Source of the DNA: Candidatus Methylomirabilota bacterium
GTDB lineage: Bacteria > Methylomirabilota > Methylomirabilia > Rokubacteriales > CSP1-6
Length of the DNA: 15,758 bases
Reading direction: 5' to 3'
NCBI GenBank assembly: GCA_046726415.1
Contig: JBKPAK010000336.1
Coordinates: 1 to 15,758 of the forward strand
The notes below the pieces were generated by a model, which was not told where the DNA came from, did no database searches, and saw nothing but the letters and a program-made list of their open reading frames with translations. The position numbers were made by a program, and so were the translations under genes. This document shows positions 7,202 to 15,659 of this stretch, in pieces (within the stretch, counting starts at the first letter, position 1; every line of letters starts with the position of its first letter).

Positions 7202-7831
7202 ATGCTCAGACTCGGCGACACCGCCCCCGATTTCACGGCCGAAACCACCATGGGTCCTATCCGTTTCCACGAGTGGATCGGAAATAGTTGGGCCATTCTC
7301 TTCTCGCATCCTCGCGACTTCACCCCCGTCTGCACCACGGAGCTCGGCTACGTGGCCCGGATCAAACCTGAGTTCGACAAGCGCGGGGTCAAGGCGATCG
7401 GGCTCTCGGTCGATCCGGTCGACTCGCATCGCGGCTGGGCCAACGACATCAAGGAAACACAGGGGCACGCGCCCAACTATCCGATCATCGCCGATCCCCA
7501 GCGGACGGTGGCGAACCTCTACGGCATGATGCACCCCGCCCACGACGAGGTGTTCACCGTTCGCACCGTCTTCGTCATCGATCCCCAGAAGAAAATCCGG
7601 CTCATGATCACCTACCCCCAGACCACGGGGCGCAACTTCGACGAGATTCTCCGGGTGATCGACTCGCTCCAGCTCACGGACGCGCACCGCGTGGCCACTC
7701 CCGTGAACTGGAAACCGGGGGAGGACGTCATCATCGTTCCCGCGGTCAGCGACGAGGAGGCCAAGGCGCGCTTCCCGAAGGGCTGGAAAGCGCTCAAGCC
7801 GTACTTGCGACTCACCCCGCAGCCGAAGTAG
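7202..7831 (+). CDS. 1-Cys peroxiredoxin (Prx6 subfamily)
   Basis: FSHPRDFTPVCTTE, YPQTTGRNFDEILR and ATPVNWKPGEDV. GAGGAGGT RBS before ATG 7202. Confidence 0.96.
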   Translation: MLRLGDTAPDFTAETTMGPIRFHEWIGNSWAILFSHPRDFTPVCTTELGYVARIKPEFDKRGVKAIGLSVDPVDSHRGWANDIKETQGHAPNYPIIADPQRTVANLYGMMHPAHDEVFTVRTVFVIDPQKKIRLMITYPQTTGRNFDEILRVIDSLQLTDAHRVATPVNWKPGEDVIIVPAVSDEEAKARFPKGWKALKPYLRLTPQPK

Positions 7832-8981
7832 CTGCCTCCACCAGCGACCGGGGACCGACCCCGGTGTAGTGGGCGCGTGGCCGGATCAGGCGGTTGTCAG
7901 CGTACTGCTCGAGCGCGTGCGCGCACCAGCCGGCGACGCGCCCCACGGCAAAAACCGACGTGCACAAGTCGGGCGGGATGTTCAGCGCGTCGTAGACCAC
8001 GGCCGAGAAGAAGTCGACGTTGACCGGGAGGCCGGTCCTCGACGTCACTGTCTCGTAGACGCGCTCCGCCACCTCGAAGAGGCGGCTGCGTCCCGTGGCC
8101 TGGGCCACCGCCTGGGCCATGCCACGGAGTACGCGGGCGCGGGCATCGTCGACCCGATACACGCGATGGCCGAACCCCGGGATCCGCGACTTGGGATCGC
8201 CCCGCTCTCCTTTCGAGAGCCCGTCGCGGGCGGTCAACCGCGCTTCGATGAACGCCCGGGCGCGTCCCGGATCGCCGATCTCGTGCAGCATGTCGAGCAC
8301 GTCCTCGTTGGCCCCGCCGTGGCGCGGCCCTTTGAGGGTGGCGATGGCCGCCACCATGGCGGCATGGAGGTCCGCCACCGTGGCCACCGCCACCCGGAGG
8401 GCGAAGGTCGATGCGTTGAACTCGTGGTCGGCGTGGAGGGTGAGGACCACGTCCATCAACTGCGCCGCCTCGGGCGAGGGGATCTGGCCGGTGAGGCCGT
8501 ACAAGAAGTGCGCCGCGTGGGAGATGTCGGCGCGGGGCGAGACTAGAGACTGTCCGCTCCGCCGCCGCTGCCAGGCCCCGACCGCCGCGGGGATCAGACT
8601 CATGAGGCGCAGGCACTTCCGCACGTTGGCCTCGCGATCGAGGTGCCGGGTGTCGGGGTCCATCGTGGCGGCGAAGGATGCCACCGTTCGCAGCACATCC
8701 AGGGGATGGCTGTCGAGGGGACACCCCTCCAGCACGTCCAGGCTTGGGCCGCAGTGGTGGCGACTCTCATGCAGACCTGCGGTGAAGCGCGCGGCCTCGT
8801 CAGGGCTCGGCAGCTCCCCGAACCAGAGCAGATGGGTGACCTCCTCGAACGGCACTCGCGACGCTAGCTCCCCGACCTCGTATCCGCGGTAGGAGAGCCG
8901 CCCCCGCGTCCCATCGATGGCGGTGATGGCCGACCGCGCCGCCACCACGTCTTCCAGTCCTGCCTTCCACTCCGTGGCCAT
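7812..8981 (-). CDS. Citrate synthase / 2-methylcitrate synthase family protein
   Basis: GLEDVVA, LSYRGY, HADHEFNASTF and the catalytic motifs GPRHGGA, GFGHRVY and VNVDF, plus RLIRP. AGGAGG RBS before ATG 8981. Confidence 0.93.
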   Translation of the reverse strand: MATEWKAGLEDVVAARSAITAIDGTRGRLSYRGYEVGELASRVPFEEVTHLLWFGELPSPDEAARFTAGLHESRHHCGPSLDVLEGCPLDSHPLDVLRTVASFAATMDPDTRHLDREANVRKCLRLMSLIPAAVGAWQRRRSGQSLVSPRADISHAAHFLYGLTGQIPSPEAAQLMDVVLTLHADHEFNASTFALRVAVATVADLHAAMVAAIATLKGPRHGGANEDVLDMLHEIGDPGRARAFIEARLTARDGLSKGERGDPKSRIPGFGHRVYRVDDARARVLRGMAQAVAQATGRSRLFEVAERVYETVTSRTGLPVNVDFFSAVVYDALNIPPDLCTSVFAVGRVAGWCAHALEQYADNRLIRPRAHYTGVGPRSLVEAATSAAG

Positions 8982-9010
8982 GGTGTGCCTCCTGTTGGGT
9001 GTCCGGGTTG

Positions 9011-9080
9011 GACTCACTCCGACATGACTATACTCGATTAATATTGATCAGACTAGATTAGAAAATATATGACTCGATGA
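9011..9080. promoter_or_regulatory. AT-rich divergent promoter region with 10-bp-phased direct repeats
   Basis: gacta 9026, gatta 9036, gatca 9046, gatta 9056 and gatga 9076. Related 10-mers tactcgatta, gactagatta and gactcgatga occur at 9031, 9051 and 9071. Confidence 0.7.
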
Positions 9081-9101
9081 GGCCGAAGAAGAAGTGCTAG
9101 G

Positions 9102-9386
9102 GTGAAGGGCATGGATACCGACGAGCCGGGATATCTGACCGCCGGCCAGGCCGCGAGCCTCCTCGGCGTGAAACGCACCACCCTCTATGCCTATGTGAGC
9201 CGGGGCATCCTTCAGAGCTACCGCCAGGGAATCAAGCGCGAGCGCCTGTACCGGCGCGCCGACATCGAACGGCTACTCCGTGTCGCGCCCAGTGGCGCCG
9301 GTTCGGCGGCACCCAGGCCCGAGGCTGTGCCGCCCCGGCTGCGCGAGTGGCAGATCCCTCTCGCCGAGACCTGGATGCGGGACTAG
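9102..9386 (+). CDS. Stand-alone MerR-like/excisionase-type HTH protein (HTH_17, BldC-like)
   Basis: YLTAGQAASLLGVKRTTLYAYVSRGIL...LYRRADIERL. The start is GTG 9102 or ATG 9111. Confidence 0.88.
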   Translation: MKGMDTDEPGYLTAGQAASLLGVKRTTLYAYVSRGILQSYRQGIKRERLYRRADIERLLRVAPSGAGSAAPRPEAVPPRLREWQIPLAETWMRD

Positions 9387-9390
9387 GAAG

Positions 9391-9420
9391 GGACGGACCG
9401 GGGCGGGAGCCCCGGTGTCC
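9391..9420. terminator. GC-rich hairpin between convergent genes
   Basis: accggggc-GGGA-gccccggt (9397-9416), extended by ggac/gtcc. There is no U-tract. Confidence 0.5.
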
Positions 9421-9432
9421 GAGGCGAGCCTA

Positions 9433-10479
9433 CTATTTCGATTTCGACGCCGTCCGGGCCAACTCGCGATCGACGGCGCGCTGGAACTCCGCCAGCGGCA
9501 CGTTGCCCACGAGAGGGCGGCCGTTGATGAAGAAGGTCGGCGTGCCCGACACGCCGAGTCGAGTGCCCTCCTCTATGTCGGCCTCGATGGCGGCGCGGTA
9601 GCGCCCGCTGTCCAGGCACTTGGCGAAAGCGTCGGCGTCGAGCTTGAGGTCTGCGGCGTGCTGCTTGAGGGCCGCGGGCCCGTAGTCCGTGCCCTCGAAG
9701 AGCCGATCGTGGTAGGGCCAGAACTTCCCAAGCTCGCCGGCACACCGCGCAGCCTCGTGGGCGAGCGGCGCCTCGGGGTGCAGGCTGACAAGGGGAAAGT
9801 CGCGGAAGACCAGACGCACGCGGTCCCCGTAGCGAGCGGTCAGCTGCTTCAGGGTGGGCACCACCGACTTGCAGTAGGGACACTGAAAGTCCGAGAACTC
9901 CACGATGGTCACCGGGGCCTCATTGGGACCCAGGGCGAAGCCCACGGCCGGGTTGATGTTCACCCGAGCCGGATCCGGCTCCTTCAGATAGATGCGCACC
10001 GGGGTTCGGGTCTTCAGGGCAGCGATGAAGGTCTCGCGTTGCTGGTTCACGCGCTGTTGCTCGAGGTACTGGGCCACCCGCGGGCGAAGTTCGGCCTCGT
10101 CGGTCTTGGGCAGCCGCGCGCGGTTCTGCGCGATGAAACCGTTGATCTCGGCCTCGGTCACCGCCGGGGTTTTCGAGACAACCTCGTCCTGAAGGAGTTT
10201 GGCCACGGTGATCCCCCGCCGCCCCGCTTCCTGCGCGAGGAGCCGGTCGCCGATCAGCTGGTTCAACTTCCGCTCGAGGAGGTTCTGGCGTTGCTGGTCG
10301 ATGCGGGCCAGCTCGATGGCCACGCCCTGCTCCAGATCGGTCATCGAGACGCTGTCGTCGCCCACCTGGGCGGCGACACCGGCGGGAGGGTCCGGCGTCT
10401 GGGCGCCGGCCACGGCAATCAGGGCGAGCAACGCCACCCCCAGTGCGGCGGCGGATGCCCAGCGGGTTCGGTTGGTCAT
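9433..10479 (-). CDS. Exported DsbA/thioredoxin-domain protein with a SurA-N-like helical region
   Basis: Signal peptide, APVTIVEFSDFQCPYC, LVFRDFPL, GKFWPYHDRLF and GVSGTPTFFING. AAGGAG RBS before ATG 10479, which overlaps the puuE stop. Confidence 0.92.
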   Translation of the reverse strand: MTNRTRWASAAALGVALLALIAVAGAQTPDPPAGVAAQVGDDSVSMTDLEQGVAIELARIDQQRQNLLERKLNQLIGDRLLAQEAGRRGITVAKLLQDEVVSKTPAVTEAEINGFIAQNRARLPKTDEAELRPRVAQYLEQQRVNQQRETFIAALKTRTPVRIYLKEPDPARVNINPAVGFALGPNEAPVTIVEFSDFQCPYCKSVVPTLKQLTARYGDRVRLVFRDFPLVSLHPEAPLAHEAARCAGELGKFWPYHDRLFEGTDYGPAALKQHAADLKLDADAFAKCLDSGRYRAAIEADIEEGTRLGVSGTPTFFINGRPLVGNVPLAEFQRAVDRELARTASKSK

Positions 10480-11393
10480 GATTGGCTCCTTGCGGGATAA
10501 GGATGGTGAGCGATCCAGTGCCGGGCGATGTCGACGCGCCGGCAGATCCATACTCGGTCGTGACCTTGCACGTGATCGAGGAAGCGGGCCAGGGCAGCCG
10601 CCCGCCCGGGCCGCCCCATGAGGCGCATGTGCAACCCGAGCGACATCATCTTCGGGTGCTCAGCGCCTTCGGCATAGAGCACGTCGAAGGCATCGCGCAC
10701 GTAGGCCAACCACTGGTCGCCGGTGGCGAAGCCAGACGGCGTGGCGAACTTCATATCGTTGTTGTCCTGAGTGTACGGAACGACGAGGTGTGGCCGACCT
10801 GCCACTCCATCCCAGTACGGCAGATCGTCGTTGTAGGCGTCGGCGTCGTAGAGGAACCCACCTTCCTCCACCACCAGCCGCCGCGTGTTCGGACTGAGGC
10901 GGCCGGTGTACCAGCCGAGAGGCCGGCTCCCCGTGGTTCGCGCGATGCTTTCGATCGCCAGCCGCATGTGCTCGCGTTCCACCTCTTCGCTGACGAACTG
11001 GTAGTCGATCCAGCGGTACCCATGGCTCACCACCTCATGACCGGCCTCTACGATGGCCGCCGCCGCTTCCGGATGGCGCTCGAGGGCCATGCCCACGGCG
11101 AACACGCTGATCTGAAGACCGCGTTGCGCGAACATGCGCATGAGCCGCCAGAAGCCCACGCGGCTGCCGTATTCATAGATCGACTCCACCTGGAGATTCC
11201 GGACCCCGATTAGCGGCGGCCCGCCCGCCACTTCCTGCAGGAAGGCCTCCGACTCGCCATCGCCGTGCAGGATGCAGCGCTCGCCGCCTTCCTCGTAGTT
11301 CATGACGATCTGGAGCGCGAGTCGCGCGCCGCCCGGCCACTTCGGATCCGGAGGGTTCCTGCCGTAGCCGGCCAGATCCCGCGGGTACGTCAT
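10476..11393 (-). CDS. puuE: Allantoinase PuuE (polysaccharide deacetylase family)
   Basis: MTYPRDLAGYG, WPGGARLALQIVMNYEEGGE, ESIYEYGSRVGFWR, SHGYRWIDY, GWYTGR and IARHW, in a purine-catabolism context. Confidence 0.93.
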   Translation of the reverse strand: MTYPRDLAGYGRNPPDPKWPGGARLALQIVMNYEEGGERCILHGDGESEAFLQEVAGGPPLIGVRNLQVESIYEYGSRVGFWRLMRMFAQRGLQISVFAVGMALERHPEAAAAIVEAGHEVVSHGYRWIDYQFVSEEVEREHMRLAIESIARTTGSRPLGWYTGRLSPNTRRLVVEEGGFLYDADAYNDDLPYWDGVAGRPHLVVPYTQDNNDMKFATPSGFATGDQWLAYVRDAFDVLYAEGAEHPKMMSLGLHMRLMGRPGRAAALARFLDHVQGHDRVWICRRVDIARHWIAHHPYPARSQS

Positions 11394-12643
11394 ACCTGAC
11401 CGATCCCGGTCGCGCCCAGGCTCTCGTCGATTCGCCGGCTCTCCGCCCCTGGGACCGCCGAGTAATGCGCGACGGCGGCCTCCACGCCAGCCCCGGCCGG
11501 CGCGCGCCAGCCCTCGCCCCGCAGGACGTGCTCGAGGGCGGCCAGACACAGCAGGACGTTCTGACGTTGCGCGGAGTAGCCCATGGTGCCGATGCGCCAG
11601 ATCTGCCCTTGCAGCGGACCGAAGGCCGCGCCGATTTCGATGCCGAAGTCCTCGATGAGCCGGTGGCGCACCCGCAATTCGTCGACGCCCTCGGGCACGA
11701 CGATGGGAGTGATGAATGGGAGGCGATGCTCGGGGGCCTCCTTGCCGAAGAGCGTCAGACCGAGCGCCTCGAGGCCCGCGCGAAGCGCGTCGCCGTGCCG
11801 GCGATGGCGCGCGAAGCGCGCCATCAGCCCCTCCACCTCAATCGACCGGAGGGCCTCGCGGAGGCCGTACACCATGGCCGTGGGCGCCGTGTGGTGATTG
11901 AAGCGGTCCGGGCTCCAGTAGTCGATGAGCTGGCCGAGATCGAGGTAGTTGCTCTGCACCTTGCGGCGGCGCGAGCGGATGGCCGCCTCCACGCGCTCGT
12001 TGAAGGTGACCGGGGCGAGTCCGGAGGGACAGCTCAGGCACTTCTGGGTGCCGGCAACCGCGATGTCGATTCCCCACCGATCGACGGCGACCTCCGATCC
12101 CCCGAGCGTCACCACGACGTCGGCCATCAGGAGCGCGTCGTGAGCGCGGGCGAGGCGGGCGATCTCCTCGAGAGGTTGGAGCACGCCCGTCGACGTTTCG
12201 CCGTGGATCACGGCCACGAGTTTCGTCCGGCCGGCCTTCAGCGCCGTCGCGATGGCTTCCGGCTCGAGCACGCGCCCCCACTCGCCGCGCACGGGCACCA
12301 CGATGGCGCCGCATCGCTCCGCGATCTCGATGAGGAGCAGGCCAAAGCGGCCGCACTCCCCAACCACCACCCGGTCACCTGGCTCCACGATGGAGCCGAT
12401 GGCCGCCTCCAGTCCCGCCCGCCCTGTCCCCGAGACGGGGAACGTCCGGGCATTGTCCGTCTGGAAGGTGAAGCGGGAGAGGGCCATCACCTCGTTCATG
12501 ATGGCGGTGAACTCGGGATCGAACTGACCGAGCAGTGGCGTGGCCATGGCCCGCAGCACGCGGGGGTCAGCCATGCTGGGACCGGGGCCAAGCAGAATGC
12601 GGGGCGAGGGGAGCAGATCGCCGAGCCGGCCGGTCATCTCCAT
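11390..12643 (-). CDS. pucG: Class V PLP aminotransferase, probable ureidoglycine-glyoxylate aminotransferase (PucG/HpxJ-like)
   Basis: LLGPGPS, LLGQFDPEF, SGTGRAGLEA, HGETSTG, GTQKCLS (PLP Lys), NHHTAP and WRIGTMGY, adjacent to puuE and uraD. The start is 12643 or 12637. Confidence 0.85.
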   Translation of the reverse strand: MEMTGRLGDLLPSPRILLGPGPSMADPRVLRAMATPLLGQFDPEFTAIMNEVMALSRFTFQTDNARTFPVSGTGRAGLEAAIGSIVEPGDRVVVGECGRFGLLLIEIAERCGAIVVPVRGEWGRVLEPEAIATALKAGRTKLVAVIHGETSTGVLQPLEEIARLARAHDALLMADVVVTLGGSEVAVDRWGIDIAVAGTQKCLSCPSGLAPVTFNERVEAAIRSRRRKVQSNYLDLGQLIDYWSPDRFNHHTAPTAMVYGLREALRSIEVEGLMARFARHRRHGDALRAGLEALGLTLFGKEAPEHRLPFITPIVVPEGVDELRVRHRLIEDFGIEIGAAFGPLQGQIWRIGTMGYSAQRQNVLLCLAALEHVLRGEGWRAPAGAGVEAAVAHYSAVPGAESRRIDESLGATGIGQV

Positions 12644-12702
12644 GACCTTACCCGAAACTGATCGCCCTTGCTGCACACCAAGAAATCAGTCACAGTGCGC
12701 CC

Positions 12703-13221
12703 GTGTCGAGCCGCCTGTCCCTGGGCGAGCTGAATGGCCAGGATTGCCCGGCGTTCACCCGCGCGCTCGGAGCCGTCTTCGAGCATTCGCCGTGGGTGGC
12801 GGAGAATGCCTGGCCGGCGCGCCCCTTCGCGACCGTGGGGGACCTCCACGCCGCGATGGTGGTCGCGGTGCGGAGGGCGACCACCGACCAGCGCGTCGCT
12901 CTGCTGAGAGCGCACCCGGATCTCGCTGGCCAAGCGGCCCGCGCGGGTACCATAAGTGCCGACTCGGCCACCGAACAGGCCTCGGCCGGGCTCGATCGCC
13001 TCACCGGGGAGGAGTACGAGCGCTTCCACCGCCTCAACGTGGCCTACCGGGACACGTTCGGCTTTCCCTTCATCATTGCGGTGCGCCAGCACGACAAGGC
13101 GGGCATCCTGGCCGCATTCGAGCGGCGTCTCGGTCACCGCCGTGAACAGGAAATCGACGCGGCCCTCGCCGAGGTTGCCAAGATCGCCCGGCTGCGGCTC
13201 GAAGGGCTCGTGAGGGCGTGA
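12703..13221 (+). CDS. uraD: OHCU decarboxylase
   Basis: [41 protein letters not shown] and IARLRL. Confidence 0.95.
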   Translation: MSSRLSLGELNGQDCPAFTRALGAVFEHSPWVAENAWPARPFATVGDLHAAMVVAVRRATTDQRVALLRAHPDLAGQAARAGTISADSATEQASAGLDRLTGEEYERFHRLNVAYRDTFGFPFIIAVRQHDKAGILAAFERRLGHRREQEIDAALAEVAKIARLRLEGLVRA

Positions 13222-13592
13222 CGACCGCCCACGGCGCAGGAACGCTCACCACTCACGTCCTCGACACGGCCCACGGTCGTCCCGCGGCCGGGATGCGGAT
13301 CGATCTCTCGACCATTGAACCGGGCGGTCGCGCGCGCCTCCTCAAGACCGTCACCACGAATGGCGATGGCCGCACCGACCAGCCGCTGCTCGACGCCGAC
13401 CGAATGAAGGTCGGGCACTACGAGATCGCCTTCCACGTCGCGGCCTACTTCCGCGGCATCGGGGCGCCGGTGGCCGACCCGCCGTTCCTCGATGTCGTGC
13501 CCGTGCGCTTCGCCATCGCCGAGCCCGCCGGCCACTATCACGTGCCGTTGCTCGTCGCTCCCTGGAGCTACACGACCTATCGGGGTCGCTGA
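13218..13592 (+). CDS. uraH: 5-hydroxyisourate hydrolase (transthyretin-like)
   Basis: [22 protein letters not shown] and [22 protein letters not shown] overlap with uraD. Confidence 0.95.
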   Translation: MTTAHGAGTLTTHVLDTAHGRPAAGMRIDLSTIEPGGRARLLKTVTTNGDGRTDQPLLDADRMKVGHYEIAFHVAAYFRGIGAPVADPPFLDVVPVRFAIAEPAGHYHVPLLVAPWSYTTYRGR

Positions 13593-13676
13593 GGAGGGCG
13601 GGCCATCTCCCTGATCCTCGCCTCGGGATGGCCGTGGCCCAGATCCCATCCGCCCGCGCTTTGCGCCGCGAGTTGC

Positions 13677-15038
13677 TCAGTCGAGGGACTTCACGCAGTG
13701 GTTCACGACTTCCAGGAAGTATTCGATCTCTGACTCGGCCACGGCGGTCGACAGGCAACCGAGCCCGGTGGGCGAAATGAGAATGCCGTGGTCGAGCAGC
13801 GCCCGAAAGAGCTGATCGAGGCGTTTTCGTTCGCCGTCGTCGGCGGCGGTGCTGCGGTAGTCCACGAGCGCTCGCTCAACGGGATGGATGCGAAAGAGGG
13901 ACCCCAGCCCGGTGATGGCTCCCGGCACGCCGGCGCGCTCCAGGCAGGCGCGAAAGCCGCCGCGCAGCTTCGCTCCCGTGTCGTCGAGTCGGGTATAGGC
14001 GGCCTCGTCCATGAGGCGCATGGCGGCCAGCCCTGCCGCCATGGTGACGGGGTTCGCGTTGAAGGTTCCCCCGTGCGGCACGAGCGGCTTGCCGTCGCGC
14101 GGATCGAAGACCGCCATGACGTCGGCCTGTCCGCCGACCGCTCCCACTGGAAAGCCGCCGCCGATGATCTTGCCGAACGTCGTGAGGTCGGGCTGGACGC
14201 CGAACACACCTTGCGCCCCCCGATAGCCGACCCTGAATGAAATCACTTCATCGAAGATAAGCAGAATGCCGTGGGCGGCGGTGACTTCACGCATGGCCGT
14301 CAGAAATTCGGCACGCGCCGGCATGAGACCGACGCGGTTGGGCACGGGGTCGAGGACGACGGCCGCGAGGTTCTTGGCCTCGCGCTCGATCCGCGCGGCG
14401 GCGAGTCTCGTGTGATTGAATGGGAGCACCACGACCTCCTCCAGCACCGAGGGCGGCGTCCCTTTCGTGTACGGAATGCTCGCCGGAGTCTCCAGCGGGC
14501 CCCATTCCGGGGGTGAGGACCCCAGGCTCACCTCCGCCCAGTCGTAGGATCCGTGATACGCCCCCTCGAACTTGGCGATCCGGGGGCGCCCCGTAAAGGC
14601 GCGCGCCGCCTTGATCGCCATCATGACCGCCTCGCTGCCCGAGTTCGTGAAGCGCACGCGTTCCACGCTCGACACGCGCTCGGTGAGGAGGGCAGCCAGA
14701 TCGATTTCCTCGGGCGTCGGCATGGCGAACGACGCTCCGCGGGCCAGGCGCCGCGTGGCCGCCTCGGTGACGGCGGGATGCGCATGGCCGTGGATGAGCG
14801 AAGTGTAGTTGTTGAGGAGATCGAGGCGCCGGTCACCGTCCACGTCGGTCAGCCAGCAGCCCTCGCCCTCCGCCGCGTAGATCGGCCGCGGCGCCATGAA
14901 GACCGTGGTGCGGCTGTTGCCGCCCGGCATCACCTCCTGCGCCCGCTGCCAGAGCCGCGCTGACATGGACTCCGGTCGGGTGTATGCGCGAGTGGTGGGT
15001 ACCGTTGGCCTCGCCGTGTTTCCGTCGTCAGATCGCAT
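13677..15038 (-). CDS. Class III PLP aminotransferase (GSA aminomutase-like / beta-amino acid transaminase-like)
   Basis: MPGGNSR, RFTNSGSEAVM, KFEGAYHG, LIFDEVISFR, TTFGKIIGGGFPVGA (PLP Lys) and HGGTFNANP. GAGGAG RBS. Confidence 0.92.
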   Translation of the reverse strand: MRSDDGNTARPTVPTTRAYTRPESMSARLWQRAQEVMPGGNSRTTVFMAPRPIYAAEGEGCWLTDVDGDRRLDLLNNYTSLIHGHAHPAVTEAATRRLARGASFAMPTPEEIDLAALLTERVSSVERVRFTNSGSEAVMMAIKAARAFTGRPRIAKFEGAYHGSYDWAEVSLGSSPPEWGPLETPASIPYTKGTPPSVLEEVVVLPFNHTRLAAARIEREAKNLAAVVLDPVPNRVGLMPARAEFLTAMREVTAAHGILLIFDEVISFRVGYRGAQGVFGVQPDLTTFGKIIGGGFPVGAVGGQADVMAVFDPRDGKPLVPHGGTFNANPVTMAAGLAAMRLMDEAAYTRLDDTGAKLRGGFRACLERAGVPGAITGLGSLFRIHPVERALVDYRSTAADDGERKRLDQLFRALLDHGILISPTGLGCLSTAVAESEIEYFLEVVNHCVKSLD

Positions 15039-15533
15039 GGTTCTCTCCTCTGCCTAGGACGCCGTGAATTCCCGTCGCTCGCCTACGATTCTAGCCATGT
15101 GCACTCGGCGGGACCACCGGCGAGAGCGAGCCTGCGATCGGCAACGCGTTCTCTGTCGCGGTCGCCCCTCGGAAGCGTTACCGGCCGGAGGAATGCAAGA
15201 CCTACCGTTCCGCCGGCAGTCTCGGGCAGCCGCCTCATGCCCCGGCGGGCCTCGCGTGAACGCCGCCGCGGCCCCCCGTCCCGCGCGCCGAAACGGCTCA
15301 CCACACGTCGACGTCGGCCTGGTTGGCACGCGATGCGCTTGTCCCGCCCAAAGCGCCCGCGCGATGGCGCACGTACCACAGAGCATCACGTGGCGTCCGC
15401 GCGGTTATCCACGGAGGACGACACCGCATCGACTACATCGGCGTGGGGCTGCACCTGTATTGATTGGTTGGCGCGCACCCCAACTCGGTAGCGTGGCCGG
15501 GCCGCTCACGCCCGGACGATCTGGTACGTCGAT

Positions 15534-15577
15534 GGCGCAATCCCTCGGCGATCGCCGGGGAGGATTGCGCCTACAAT
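15534..15577 (+). promoter_or_regulatory. 38-bp near-palindrome abutting a TACAAT -10-like box
   Basis: ggcgcaatcc (15534-15543) / ggattgcgcc (15562-15571) flank the perfect palindrome cggcgatcgccg. TACAAT is at 15572-15577. Confidence 0.5.
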
Positions 15578-15659
15578 GCCCGGGGGGCCGGCGCACCGCG
15601 GGAACTGGAATCGTCGGCCGAGCGATGCGGGTCATCCCCGCCTGAGGTAGGGAGGATCG

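Noticed and set aside
9102..9386. Prophage excisionase
   Set aside because: There is no integrase or phage gene nearby, and the sequence matches the citrate-synthase-associated HTH type.
1626..12661. Long antisense ORFs (1626..2960, 4064..5227, 9280..10500, 11465..12661 and similar)
   Set aside because: These are shadow ORFs opposite well-supported genes, expected from high-GC codon bias, and have no recognisable motifs.
12644..12702. Purine or other riboswitch ahead of the purine catabolism genes
   Set aside because: The gap is only about 60 bp, is shared by divergent genes, and shows no recognisable aptamer motif.
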